In this document: positions 1 through 13,686 of the stretch, one piece after another
How positions within the stretch are numbered: the stretch's first letter is position 1
Layout: every line of letters starts with the position of its first letter
Source: Eledone cirrhosa
Taxonomy: Eukaryota
DNA: 64,000 nt
Direction of reading: 5' to 3'
Assembly (NCBI GenBank): GCA_964016885.1
Contig: OZ024744.1
Location: 71,548,001-71,612,000, forward strand
Program-made: the position numbers and the translations under genes
The notes under the pieces: model-generated
What the model was told of the DNA's origin: nothing
The model's database searches: none
Seen by the model: only the letters and a program-made list of their open reading frames with translations

Positions 1-150
1 TGTAAATTGTTTAAAACTTGAACCAAATTGTTGATAAAGACACCCTCCTCCTCGTGAGAGGGGTCTTTCTGTCCGTTATTTGGCCCTTCGGGGTTAAATA
101 ACCAGTTATTGGGGTTTTGTACCCAATATTCATTTTAAACAAAAAACAAC

Positions 151-2244
151 ATGGCTACGAAAAAGAAATTTCATACGTCACTCCCACTCATTCCGTCTTC
201 TTCTTTCTCAATCATCACTACAGCAGAGAGAAGATTGTCTCTCTCCCTCCCTTCTTTAAATGTGTCTCTCTCCCTCCCTTCTCTTTCGCAAGTGACGAAA
301 GAAAAGAAAAGTCTCGTGCAAAGCGTGCAAGGTTTCTCCACGACGACGACGACAGCGACGAAACAGGTGTGCAGGAAATACGAAAACCCAGTTCATTCGT
401 CTGACGTCAGGAATAATAGCAGTAGCAGCCGTAATAACAACTGCAACAGTGACAATGAAAACAACAGTAGCAGCCGCAACAGCATCACCAGCAGCATAAA
501 CAACAACAGCATTAGCAGCAGCAACACCAACAACAACCACAGCAACAGCGGCGGAGGCAGTAGTCGTAGTACCTGCAGCAACAACAAAAGTACCAGCAGC
601 TCTGACGACAACAACAACAGCAGAGAAAAACCAATCTCATTTGCAGGTATTGCGAAAAACCTGGAAACAATCCTCATAACAAATGAGGAATTAGAGGAAG
701 CGAAGAAGATGGTGACAAAGAACGGACACCGAGCAATCTGCAAGGCAGCGGAAAAATTTTTCGAAACCCAAGAGCACTGTACGGTCACGTACCGTACAGT
801 AAGTACAAAATCCCGTAGGGTGGAAAGAGCCACAGAGGCCCAAATACAAAAAGCCTTGGGGTCTGTGTGGCAGCGGAAAACGCACATCACCCGAGGCAAA
901 AAATATGCCACCGTAGACGTACTTTTTGCCACACCCCAGGAGGCAAAGGCCCAATCAGTAGTGACCCTAAGGAGCGAGGAAATGGTGTTGGTGCCCTCCT
1001 ACTGCGGGCAAAAAATTGTGAGGGTCAAACTGACACACGTCCCCCCCGGAATGACCCCTTCTTGGCTGGCCGCGTCTGTCCTCGTCGGAATCGAGGACAA
1101 AACAACTGTACTGCAAGTACAGAAAAAAGTAAGAGAAGATTGGGTCGGCTCCTCCATTGAGATGCTAATCCAAACCAACCAGGAGTGCATCGAAGCTATC
1201 CCGGATGTGATAGACTTCGATAACGGCACTCAACTGCCCATAAGTGTTGAGGGCAAACGCCCGAAATGCTTTCGCTGTGGATCGAAGACTCACCTCAGGG
1301 CCTTCTGCAACGAGAAGACCCTGAGAAAGGAGAAAACCCCCCTCCTTCCGAATCCGGCTCCACGGCTACCAGCAACAGGACAAGCGGCAACCAGGAACGA
1401 TAGGTCCGTGGCACCCATACCCACTCCACGGAAATCAAAAACAGCAGCAGCAGTGGAAATATTAACAACAACAACAGCAATACCAAATGCAGCTGCAACA
1501 GAGACTCCAGTGCAAACATCACCAACAACAAGTGAAAGAGTGGAGCTGGTACCCCTCCCCGACCTCACAGAATCAGACATGGAGTGTGAGGTGGGAGAGG
1601 GATGGCAAAAGGTCGCAAGAAGGCACAAACGCAGAAGCAGCGCATCGTCGCCTTTGAAAAGGGAGGAAAGAAATGAGAAAAGGGTAAAGTCTACTGCAAA
1701 GAGACCCACAGCAGCAACACCACCAACACCATCACCACCCACACCAGCACCACCATCAGCACCGGCGACAACCCCACCGCCAACAACACCTTCAACACCA
1801 CCACCACAAGCACCAACATCGCAAACACAACAACAAAACACACACACCCAGCAACAACGACAAGAAAATAGTAGAACCACACCCCACCCCCAGAAAAACA
1901 AATGCACGGCAATAAATACACACAACAAGAAACTAATGACTTACATAATTGAACACACAGACATTTCACAACAGGACTACATAATACCAGCACCAATCAA
2001 AACGCCAACTAACATAAGACTGCTAAAAATAGCACAGAAACAATACACAAATATTAAAACGAAATTCCCCAACGCAGTTGGTGATTTCAGGGACCTAGGA
2101 GGAACCATCAATCGAAGAGTATACTCAGACATTCTCTTAGAAGAGCCGACGACCAGCCGAAGGGACGATTCAACGGTCCCTTCACCAGACGATCAAGTGA
2201 AAAGGGATGTAAAAACCATCCCTCCTCTACCAAAAGTACGGTAA
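151..2244 (+). CDS. ORF1 nucleic-acid-binding protein (697 aa) with CCHC zinc knuckle
   Basis: CFRCGSKTHLRAFC fits C-x2-C-x4-H-x4-C. It has Ser/Asn- and Pro/Thr-rich low-complexity segments and a basic RRHKRR patch, lies directly upstream of ORF2, and has homologous copies elsewhere in the window. Confidence 0.9.
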   Translation: MATKKKFHTSLPLIPSSSFSIITTAERRLSLSLPSLNVSLSLPSLSQVTKEKKSLVQSVQGFSTTTTTATKQVCRKYENPVHSSDVRNNSSSSRNNNCNSDNENNSSSRNSITSSINNNSISSSNTNNNHSNSGGGSSRSTCSNNKSTSSSDDNNNSREKPISFAGIAKNLETILITNEELEEAKKMVTKNGHRAICKAAEKFFETQEHCTVTYRTVSTKSRRVERATEAQIQKALGSVWQRKTHITRGKKYATVDVLFATPQEAKAQSVVTLRSEEMVLVPSYCGQKIVRVKLTHVPPGMTPSWLAASVLVGIEDKTTVLQVQKKVREDWVGSSIEMLIQTNQECIEAIPDVIDFDNGTQLPISVEGKRPKCFRCGSKTHLRAFCNEKTLRKEKTPLLPNPAPRLPATGQAATRNDRSVAPIPTPRKSKTAAAVEILTTTTAIPNAAATETPVQTSPTTSERVELVPLPDLTESDMECEVGEGWQKVARRHKRRSSASSPLKREERNEKRVKSTAKRPTAATPPTPSPPTPAPPSAPATTPPPTTPSTPPPQAPTSQTQQQNTHTQQQRQENSRTTPHPQKNKCTAINTHNKKLMTYIIEHTDISQQDYIIPAPIKTPTNIRLLKIAQKQYTNIKTKFPNAVGDFRDLGGTINRRVYSDILLEEPTTSRRDDSTVPSPDDQVKRDVKTIPPLPKVR

Positions 2245-2279
2245 GTGGTCTTTCCCATCTTTTCCACTCTATTTTAAAC

Positions 2280-5200
2280 ATGACCTCACTCAGAATAGGC
2301 AGCATAAATGCGCGTGGCTTGGGGTCGTCATGGAAGCAGGGTCACCTGCTCAACGACCTCAGGTCACTAAACATAGATGTAGTGGCCATCAGCGAGACCA
2401 GAATCTCCGAAGCACGGGCCTTCGCACCGATCTTCGGCGGCTACGATGTGTACGCATCTCCCAGCCGTCCTGGATCGGGTGGAGGAGTTGCTGTGCTTTT
2501 TCGGAGAGGTTTGGATCTCGCCATACGGGCCATCTTCCTGGACCCAGAGGGTAAGCTGGTGGTGCTGGACGTGACCAGCGGAGACGGGCAAGCTTTCAGG
2601 CTAGTGGCCGTCTATGCCCCGACAGGAGCAGGGCGGCCTTTTTTCTTCCGGCGTCTGGAGACCTTTCTTGGAACGTCCCGCTCTTTAGTGTTAGTGGGCG
2701 ACTGGAACGGGATCTTAGATGCACGCTGGGACTGTGTGGGATTAGCGGATAGGGGTGGAGGGTGCAAGAGCCTCACCAACCTGCTCAGGCGTTTTGAACT
2801 GTCTGACAGGTACCGATTGGATTTCCCGAATGTGCCAATGTGGACTTGGACAAACCGCATAGGGTCATCCAGATCATATCTAGATAGAGTATTTTGTAGG
2901 GAAATAGATAGGTCTAGCATAGGCTGTCCACAATTCAAGATAGTCAGCTACACGGACCACAAATTCGTGACCTGTGTGCTTGACTTAGATAGGCTTCATA
3001 GACGAGGACCCGGCTACTGGAAGCTAAACGCGTCCTTACCAGCGCGCAAGGCCTACAGAGACCGGATTAGCGAACTAGTTAAGCGGGCGTTGACGGGAGC
3101 CATCATCAACAACAAGTGGTGGTTTGCTCTGAAAAGAGCGATTAGAATAGAATCGATTAGGTTTAGTAAGGCTTTAGCAATAGAGAAAAATAGAGCAGAG
3201 GGAGAACTAGTTAGAAAATTAGACGAGGCGCTTAGCAAAGGCATTGCGACCGACGTGCTTGCGGCGAAATTGGCCCTTGACCAATTCTTCAATGCAAAGC
3301 ACGAAGGCTGCGTTGTCAGAGCTAGGGTGCGTGCTCTCAGACACGAGGGGACGAAAGCCGTTCAATGGGCCCGAGTGGAGGAGGCGCGTCGTGGTAACAA
3401 AGCCACGATCCGGTCTTTGGTGGACCACGACGGGCGCATGCTACTCGATCCCGGGCAAATGTGTGAAGCTTTTCAGCGACACTTCGCTCAGCTGTTCGGG
3501 GGCAGCGGGGGGCCGGGTAGAGGGATGGACTTTAGTGTCTACCTCGACGGACTGCCGCGGCTCTCGGCCACTGAGGCGAAGTGTTGCGAAAAGCCGATAA
3601 CAGCCGCTGAAGTACGGGAGGCAATGACTGGCTGCACAAGGGGTAAATCGCCTGGTTTGGATGGTCTGCCCTATGAACTTTACGTACAGATGCCAGACTT
3701 GTTCGGAGGCCTCTTGGCGGACGTCTACTGCAACTGGCAACAGAACGGGAGAATTCCCAGTTCTGTGAGCCGAGGAGCGGTGGCACTGCTGAGAAAGGAT
3801 CCGAACAAGGGGGATAACATAGACAATTTCCGGCCCATAACTCTGCTAAACACAGAGTTTAAGATTTTGGCCAAGGTGCTAGCAAAGAGGTTGGCGCTTG
3901 TCGTTGGTGGTCTGGTGGGAGAGGCGCAGACATGCGCCATTCCCGACAGATCCATCCACGACAACCTCCACCTCATGCGATACATCGTAGAGAGGGTAGC
4001 TAGGGAACCTGGCACGGGTGGGTCCTTGATCAATTTAGATCAGTCGAAAGCTTTCGATAGGGTCGACCATCGTTACCTAGCGGCAGTCCTGAGGGCGGCT
4101 GGCTTTGGGCCCGTCTTCAGAGGCTGGATCGCTGCCATGCACAGCGACATCTGCTCTGTGGTGAGAGTGAACGGTCACCTGTCGGAACCGTTCAACATCA
4201 TGCGCTCGGTCCGCCAAGGATGTCCCCTCTCGTCCCTCTTGTACGTATTGACGCTCGAGCCATTACTGCACAAACTGGAGACGTTGAGGGGAGTCCCGCG
4301 CGAACTAGGATGCGGAAGATCCGTGTCAGCATATGCGGACGATGTCACCGTAGTGGTGTCGAACGCCAAACACATCGAGGCGATCGGCACTACACTAAGA
4401 GAATACGAAGCGGTGACAGGAGCAATGATCAACCAGGAAAAGTCAGTGGGCCTGCAGCTCGGCACCTGGAGAGGCAGGTCCATGCCGTCCAACAGCGTCG
4501 TCGGGCGCTGGACGGACGGACCGGTTAAATTGCTAGGGGTCTGGTTCGGTCCGGACCTCCAGACGGACAAAAACTGGGACGAGGTGACGAGCAGGGTGGC
4601 TTCTCTCACCCAGAAATGGGCGGAGAGGAAGCTATCCCTGAAAGGTCGAGCGGAGGTGGCTAACGCGTACATCGCGTCTGTCATCTGCTACCGCCTAACC
4701 GTTGTACCTTGTCCTAAGCCTCGCCTGACTGCGCTGGAGCGTTTGCTCTTTCGCTTTTTGTGGAAGGGACGTGCTCCGATGGTCAGGCGGTCCATCTGTT
4801 GTCAACACCCGCTACGTGGAGGGCTGGGCATGCCGTGGCTGATGATGCGCAGGCACGCGCTCAGGGTACGACATCTCCACCTCTTCCTCGACGGTGATCA
4901 GGTGTGGTCGCCGTTTGCTAGACGCGTTTTTCCCCAGCTCGTTTCCTTGACGGAGCTGCAGTCCTGGGTCAAGCGAAGACCGAGAGGGAGCGCCTGGAGA
5001 CTGGAATGTCTTCAGGCGCTCACAGCCCTCGACCAATCGGGCAATGTGATCGGTGGAAACTCCACCTCGGCGTTCTATAGAGGATTAGTGGAGGGGAAGA
5101 GCGACGACGTACTTGGGGAAACTCTAGGCGTCGACGAAAATCAACTAGCCAATCTCTTCGGAAGAACTTTCGGGCCAGGGCCTATGGACAACTTCCAGAA

Positions 5201-5699
5201 ATCTCTGGCCTGGCAGTGCTACCGAGGAGCCTTGCCAGTTCGGGATAAACTCTACAGGCATGGAGGTGCCGTCAGCCGGGCATGTCCGAGATGCGCGCAG
5301 GGCGACGAAACCGTCCTGCACGCACTCGTCCAGTGTCCGAAAATTGCTGACTTGTGGGTTTATGTCGAACACCTGCTGTCGCGTTTAGGACGGATCCAGC
5401 TATCATCTGAGTCTATCGTGAGGATTGCCCCGCCCTCCTCCTTTAGCCGGGAAGGGCAGGCAGTTTTTATCTGTCTGGTGGCCATGGCGAAAGAGATAGT
5501 ATGGTGGACACGTTTGAAAGGGCTGAAGACGAGCACTTACCTCTTCGGTGATGCTCTGATTGACTTTTTCAAATTTCATTTGAAAAGGAAAATCAGAGTA
5601 GAGAAGGAAGTGCTCTCTTCCCAGCATTTTGTTGAAAGATGGGTGAGAGAAGCAAGAATGGCCCGAGTGAATGGGCCGACTCTGAGTATATATCTGTAA
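2280..5699 (+). CDS. ORF2 (1139 aa): APE endonuclease, reverse transcriptase and C-terminal zinc motif
   Basis: APE motifs SINARGL, ISETR, VYAP, VGDWN, YLDRVF, TDH; L1/Tx1 motif GYWKLN; RT motifs KSPGLDG, FRPITLLN, DQSKAFD, VRQGCPLS, YADD; C-terminal CPRC..ETVLHALVQC. Confidence 0.97.
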   Translation: MTSLRIGSINARGLGSSWKQGHLLNDLRSLNIDVVAISETRISEARAFAPIFGGYDVYASPSRPGSGGGVAVLFRRGLDLAIRAIFLDPEGKLVVLDVTSGDGQAFRLVAVYAPTGAGRPFFFRRLETFLGTSRSLVLVGDWNGILDARWDCVGLADRGGGCKSLTNLLRRFELSDRYRLDFPNVPMWTWTNRIGSSRSYLDRVFCREIDRSSIGCPQFKIVSYTDHKFVTCVLDLDRLHRRGPGYWKLNASLPARKAYRDRISELVKRALTGAIINNKWWFALKRAIRIESIRFSKALAIEKNRAEGELVRKLDEALSKGIATDVLAAKLALDQFFNAKHEGCVVRARVRALRHEGTKAVQWARVEEARRGNKATIRSLVDHDGRMLLDPGQMCEAFQRHFAQLFGGSGGPGRGMDFSVYLDGLPRLSATEAKCCEKPITAAEVREAMTGCTRGKSPGLDGLPYELYVQMPDLFGGLLADVYCNWQQNGRIPSSVSRGAVALLRKDPNKGDNIDNFRPITLLNTEFKILAKVLAKRLALVVGGLVGEAQTCAIPDRSIHDNLHLMRYIVERVAREPGTGGSLINLDQSKAFDRVDHRYLAAVLRAAGFGPVFRGWIAAMHSDICSVVRVNGHLSEPFNIMRSVRQGCPLSSLLYVLTLEPLLHKLETLRGVPRELGCGRSVSAYADDVTVVVSNAKHIEAIGTTLREYEAVTGAMINQEKSVGLQLGTWRGRSMPSNSVVGRWTDGPVKLLGVWFGPDLQTDKNWDEVTSRVASLTQKWAERKLSLKGRAEVANAYIASVICYRLTVVPCPKPRLTALERLLFRFLWKGRAPMVRRSICCQHPLRGGLGMPWLMMRRHALRVRHLHLFLDGDQVWSPFARRVFPQLVSLTELQSWVKRRPRGSAWRLECLQALTALDQSGNVIGGNSTSAFYRGLVEGKSDDVLGETLGVDENQLANLFGRTFGPGPMDNFQKSLAWQCYRGALPVRDKLYRHGGAVSRACPRCAQGDETVLHALVQCPKIADLWVYVEHLLSRLGRIQLSSESIVRIAPPSSFSREGQAVFICLVAMAKEIVWWTRLKGLKTSTYLFGDALIDFFKFHLKRKIRVEKEVLSSQHFVERWVREARMARVNGPTLSIYL

Positions 5700-5959
5700 A
5701 CTAAAGGTGGAAAACTGGGAGAGGGCACTTGCCTTGGTGGTCAGGGTCATTGTGGCTTTTTACTGGGCTTTCTCCACAAATGTCCCTCGAAGTCTCCCCC
5801 CTATTGGGGAATTTTTCATTGTTATTTTCATTGTTATTTTTGTTACATCCTCTGTTTTTGTTTTTTTTACACGCAGAAATGCCCATTTGTACTGTCCTGC
5901 ATTGTCCTGCACTGTCCTTAATGTCTACTTTATGTAAACCCTTGTGGTTAATAAAGAAA

Positions 5960-5961
<2 letters not shown>

Positions 5962-6015
<54 letters not shown>

Positions 6016-6038
6016 AACCCTTGTAATTAATAAAGAAA

Positions 6039-6073
<35 letters not shown>

Positions 6074-6076
6074 GTT
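5962..6076 (+). repeat. (ATT)n tracts enclosing a 27-bp copy of the Tx1 3' terminus (6014-6040)
   Basis: TAAACCCTTGTAATTAATAAAGAAATC repeats 5935-5961 with two mismatches. Confidence 0.9.
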
Positions 6077-6722
6077 GATGACGGATGTGATGTACGCATT
6101 CGCCGAGCGGAGGTGGCGAATGCGTACATCGCATCCGTCATCTACCGCCTGACCGTCGTACCTTGTCCTAAGCCCCGCCTGACTGCGCTTGAGCGTTTGC
6201 TCTTTCGCTTCTTGTGGAATGGACGCGCTCCGATGGTCAGGCAGTTTTTATCTGTCTGGTGGCCATGGCGAAAGAGATAGTATGGTGGACACGTTTGAAA
6301 GGGCTGAAGACGAGCACTTACCTCTTCGGTGATGCCCTGATTAACTTTTTCAAATTTCATTTGAAAAGGAAAATCAGGGTAGAGAGGGAAGTGCTCTCTT
6401 CCCAGCATTTTGTTGAAAGATGGGTGAGAGAAGCAAGTATGGCCCGAATGAATGGGCCTTCTCTGAGTATGTGTCTGTAAATTAAAGGTGGAAAACTGGG
6501 AGAGGGCACTTGCCCTGGTGGTCAGGGCCACTGTGGTCTTTGAATGGGCTTTCTCCACAAATGTCCCTCGGAAGTCTCCCCCCTATTGGGGAATTTTTCT
6601 TTGTTATTTTATTTCAACCTCCGTTTTTTACACGCAGAAATGCCCATTTGTACCGTCTTGTATAGTCCTGTACTGTCCTTAATGTCTACTTTATGTAAAC
6701 CCTTGTGGTTAATAAAGAAAAC
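6077..6722 (+). mobile_element. 5'-truncated Tx1 copy with a 28-bp 5' inversion and a 673-bp internal deletion
   Basis: 6105-6242 matches A1 ~4648-4788, then continues as A1 5457 to the end. (ATT)n tail at 6723-6743. Confidence 0.9.
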
Positions 6723-6743
6723 ATTATTATTATTATTGTTATT

Positions 6744-9712
6744 TGAGTCTCAGTCATTGATGTTTGTTAACTGGAAAGTTTGTTGAAATGAATATCAAGC
6801 CACTACCTGCAGCCTCAGATATTCAGGACGTATCGGAGGGTTTTGCTGTTCCCAGCAAGCATGCCTTTTGAAGCGTTCCAAAAAGAGTGGCGGGGCCAAT
6901 TTTCTTTAACCATCCCTGGAAACTTCATGTCTCCAGCCCTTATAGTGAGTCTGGGCTAGGTGTTTACACTCGGATACAATGTGAGCCACAGTCTCCTCCC
7001 TCTCTCCACAGATCCTGCACAGTGGGCTAGCCTCCTCCTTGTAAATATGGTGTTTCAACCACTTCGTTTTGAAGGCCTGCTCTTGCGCAGCCATTAGCAT
7101 TCCTTCTGTAGCCTTTTTAAGGTCTCCTCTTTTCAACCAGTTCCATGTCTGTGGATCTCTGACTTCAGTTTTCTCAAAGAAGGTACTATGAAGGGATTTT
7201 TCATGAAGGCTGCTCTTTCTCCTTGTTATTTCCTCCTTGGATATCCCCTGGGCTATTGTCCTCTCCTTCAGTACAATTCTGAGCATTGGCTCCTTACTAT
7301 CAGTCACGTATTTGTGTAGGTTGTTTTTCTCCATCTGAACACAGTCCTCTATGCTGATAAGACCTCTTCCACCTTCAGATCTCCTTAAGTAGAGTCTATC
7401 GATATCACTCCTCTTGTGGAACATGTTGTAGATAGTCAATAGCTTCCTAGTCTTCCTATCCATTTCTTTTTGTTCAGCAACATTCCATCTCAGAATTCCC
7501 GCACTGTACCTAATAATAGACACAGCTCGGGAATTTACTGCACTTATGACATTCCTACTGTTCAGATGTGACTTTAATACGCTCCTTACTCTCCGAATGT
7601 ATTCAGATCTTATCAATTCCTTCATTTTTTTTTGTACTTGATGTCATCAGCCTCCAGAACACCCAAATACTTGTATCCTTCTTCAGTATCAATTTCCTTT
7701 ATCTTCTCACCTGTTGGTACCTGGATTCCGTTGCTTCTGCTCAATTTATCCATCTTCATCACAAGGACTCCACACTTACTAATACCAAATTGCATACATA
7801 TATCATTGCTGAAAATACGGACAGTGTCAACAAGCACACCCAACTCCTTCTCACTTTTCCCGAAGAGCTTAAGATCGTCCATGAAGAGGAGGTGATTGAT
7901 GGTAAGCTCTCCCTTTCCCAACTTGTATCCTGCTCTCACTTTTCGCAGTATAATGGTCAGGGGCATCAGGGCAAGGCAAACAACAGAGGGGACAGACTAT
8001 CTCCTAGGAAGATACCTCTCTTGATCGTCACGCCTCCCAAGGATTCTCCAGCTAATGTTAACTCTGTTTTCCAGGACTTCATACTTATGCTCAACAACTG
8101 CCTGATGTTATCTGCCACCTTGAAGATATCTAGGCTTTTGGTGATCCAAGAATGAGGCACCATGTCAAATGCCTTTTTGTAGTCTATCCATCCCATGGCA
8201 AGACCAGTGAGTCCCCTCTTGCAATTCCTCATTACCATCTTATCAATAAGTAACTGGTACTTTGTACCACGGGACTTCTTTCGGCATCCTTTCTGTTCGT
8301 CCGGTAACAAGTTGTTTGTGTGTAGGTGATGGTAGATTTCCTCAGACACAATGCTTGTCAACGGTTTCCACATTACGGACAGACATGTGATAGGTCTATA
8401 GTTGGTAACATCATTACCCTTGGCTCGGTCTTTCTTTACCAGAACTGTGGTACCTTCTGTCAACCACTCTGGTACCTCACCTGACATCAAGCAGTCATTG
8501 AACATGGTTGTCAGTTTCGGGTGGATGGATGTTATATATTTAATCCAATACCCCTGAACACCATCTGGGCCTGGTGATTTCGAGTTGGTTAGATTTTTGG
8601 CCTGCCCCTTAAGAGTTTCAACTGTGATACTAAAATCAGTTTGTTGGTGTGCCTGTTCACTAATCTCCTTTTGTAGTGTCTTAATCCACACTGCCTGATC
8701 ATTATTTTTAACATCCTGCTCCCATATTCCTCTCCAGAATGTCTTAGTTTGTTCCGCCTCAGGGATCAAGTCGTTGCCTCTTTCTTTCCCTTCCAGCTGT
8801 CCAAACAACATCTTCTGGTTGTTGTCAAACATGCGGTTCTGTCTATACTGACTGACTCTGCCCTCGTATCGCCTAATCTTTGCACTCTTTGCTACAATGC
8901 GTTGCTTCAGTTCCTGTATGATAATATTTAGCTTTTTCCTCCTAGTTTTGTACTTTATTTCCAGTCTATCTTTAGTGTCTATGTTTTGTAGTGTCCCATT
9001 CAGTAAGGACTCAAGCTTTCCAATGTCATTTCTCATTTCCCTGATTTGACCATTCAGTCGTTTCTTCCACCAAGGTTCTGCTCTTTCTTGTCTGTTGTTT
9101 CCTCCCGCTTTTATGCCAAGTAATTTCATCACCGCATTTGCTGTTGCTTTGAGGATATTGTTGCACTGGTGAAGGTTCCTCGCCTCAAGGTATGGGATGA
9201 TTTTGTTTACTTTAGCTGTTGTTTCTTTTAACTTTTTCCCGTCTACAAATCTTAGGTTCATAGGTTTACCACTATCATTGTTCATTTCATCTACCACTAA
9301 GTTTAGGATATCAACCAATTCTTGTCCTAGCCCGTCAGCATTCATCTCCTCGTATCTTTGTTCCCGATGTTATTTATTACAGCATTCAGATCATTGTCTG
9401 CTTCGGATGGTTCCTCCTTTCTCTCAACCTCTTCACCTTCATTTCCTACTGGCTCGTTTGCCTGGCATACTCCATTCTCCATTTCCAACCTAATCTCTCT
9501 GCTCAGTTCCTCCAGTTCCATCTCGCTTATCCATCCATTAGTTCTTATTACCCGAGCCTGCCCGGCCAATTTTTTTCATCTAATTTAAATAGACCAATCT
9601 CGTTCCAGATGTTATGCATCCATTTCCTATAGCCTTTTTCCTTGGGGTTACTCTTCAGGTAAAATTGCATAACAGTTCTATTCAATTCTTTCGGCCAGTT
9701 GGTTCTGGTCCC
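6744..9712 (-). mobile_element. R4/Dong-clade retrotransposon family D1, 5'-truncated, frameshifted, most of the REL domain deleted
   Basis: ORF fragments 7966-9345, 7622-7966 and 6906-7625 carry KSPGPDG, YRPITCL, IDYKKAFD, FMDD and CRIC..HIVSEC. Flanked by TTA repeats. Confidence 0.9.
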
Positions 9713-9741
9713 TTATTATTATTATTATTTTTATTATTATT

Positions 9742-13520
<3,779 letters not shown>

Positions 13521-13539
13521 TATTATTATTATTATTATT

Positions 13540-13650
13540 GAGTTCAAATCCCGCCGAGGTTAACTTTGCCTTTCATCCTTACGGGGTCGATAAAATAAAG
13601 TACCAGTGATGTACTGGTGAATTGCTGGCCTTGTGCCTAAAATAGAAACA
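13540..13650 (+). mobile_element. tRNA-derived SINE, 5'-truncated, inside (TTA)n
   Basis: B-box-like GAGTTCAAATCC; body matches ~26959-27070; (ATT)n on both sides. Confidence 0.85.
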
Positions 13651-13686
13651 ATTATTATTATTATTATTATTATTGTTATTGTTATT

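Larger units (their letters stand above)
1..5961 (+). mobile_element. Tx1/L1-clade non-LTR retrotransposon, copy A1 (both ORFs open; the first few tens of nt of the 5'UTR lie before the window)
   Basis: 5'UTR matches the copies at 18607 and 55297. ORF1 and ORF2 are followed by a 3'UTR ending AATAAA-GAAATC (5950-5961), then (ATT)n. Confidence 0.95.

Noticed and set aside
45-60. CCTCCTCGTG resembling the L3 loop of HDV-like R2 ribozymes
   Set aside because: No consistent P3/P1/P2 pairing found, and the A2 variant (GCAA) supports a GNRA hairpin instead.
4784-5461. The 673-bp deletion in the truncated copy as a spliced intron
   Set aside because: It would need a weak GC donor; CAGGC microhomology explains it more simply.
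256-5750. Many antisense and alternative-frame ORFs over the retroelement ORFs
   Set aside because: Shadow ORFs of GC-rich or low-complexity coding sequence with no motifs.
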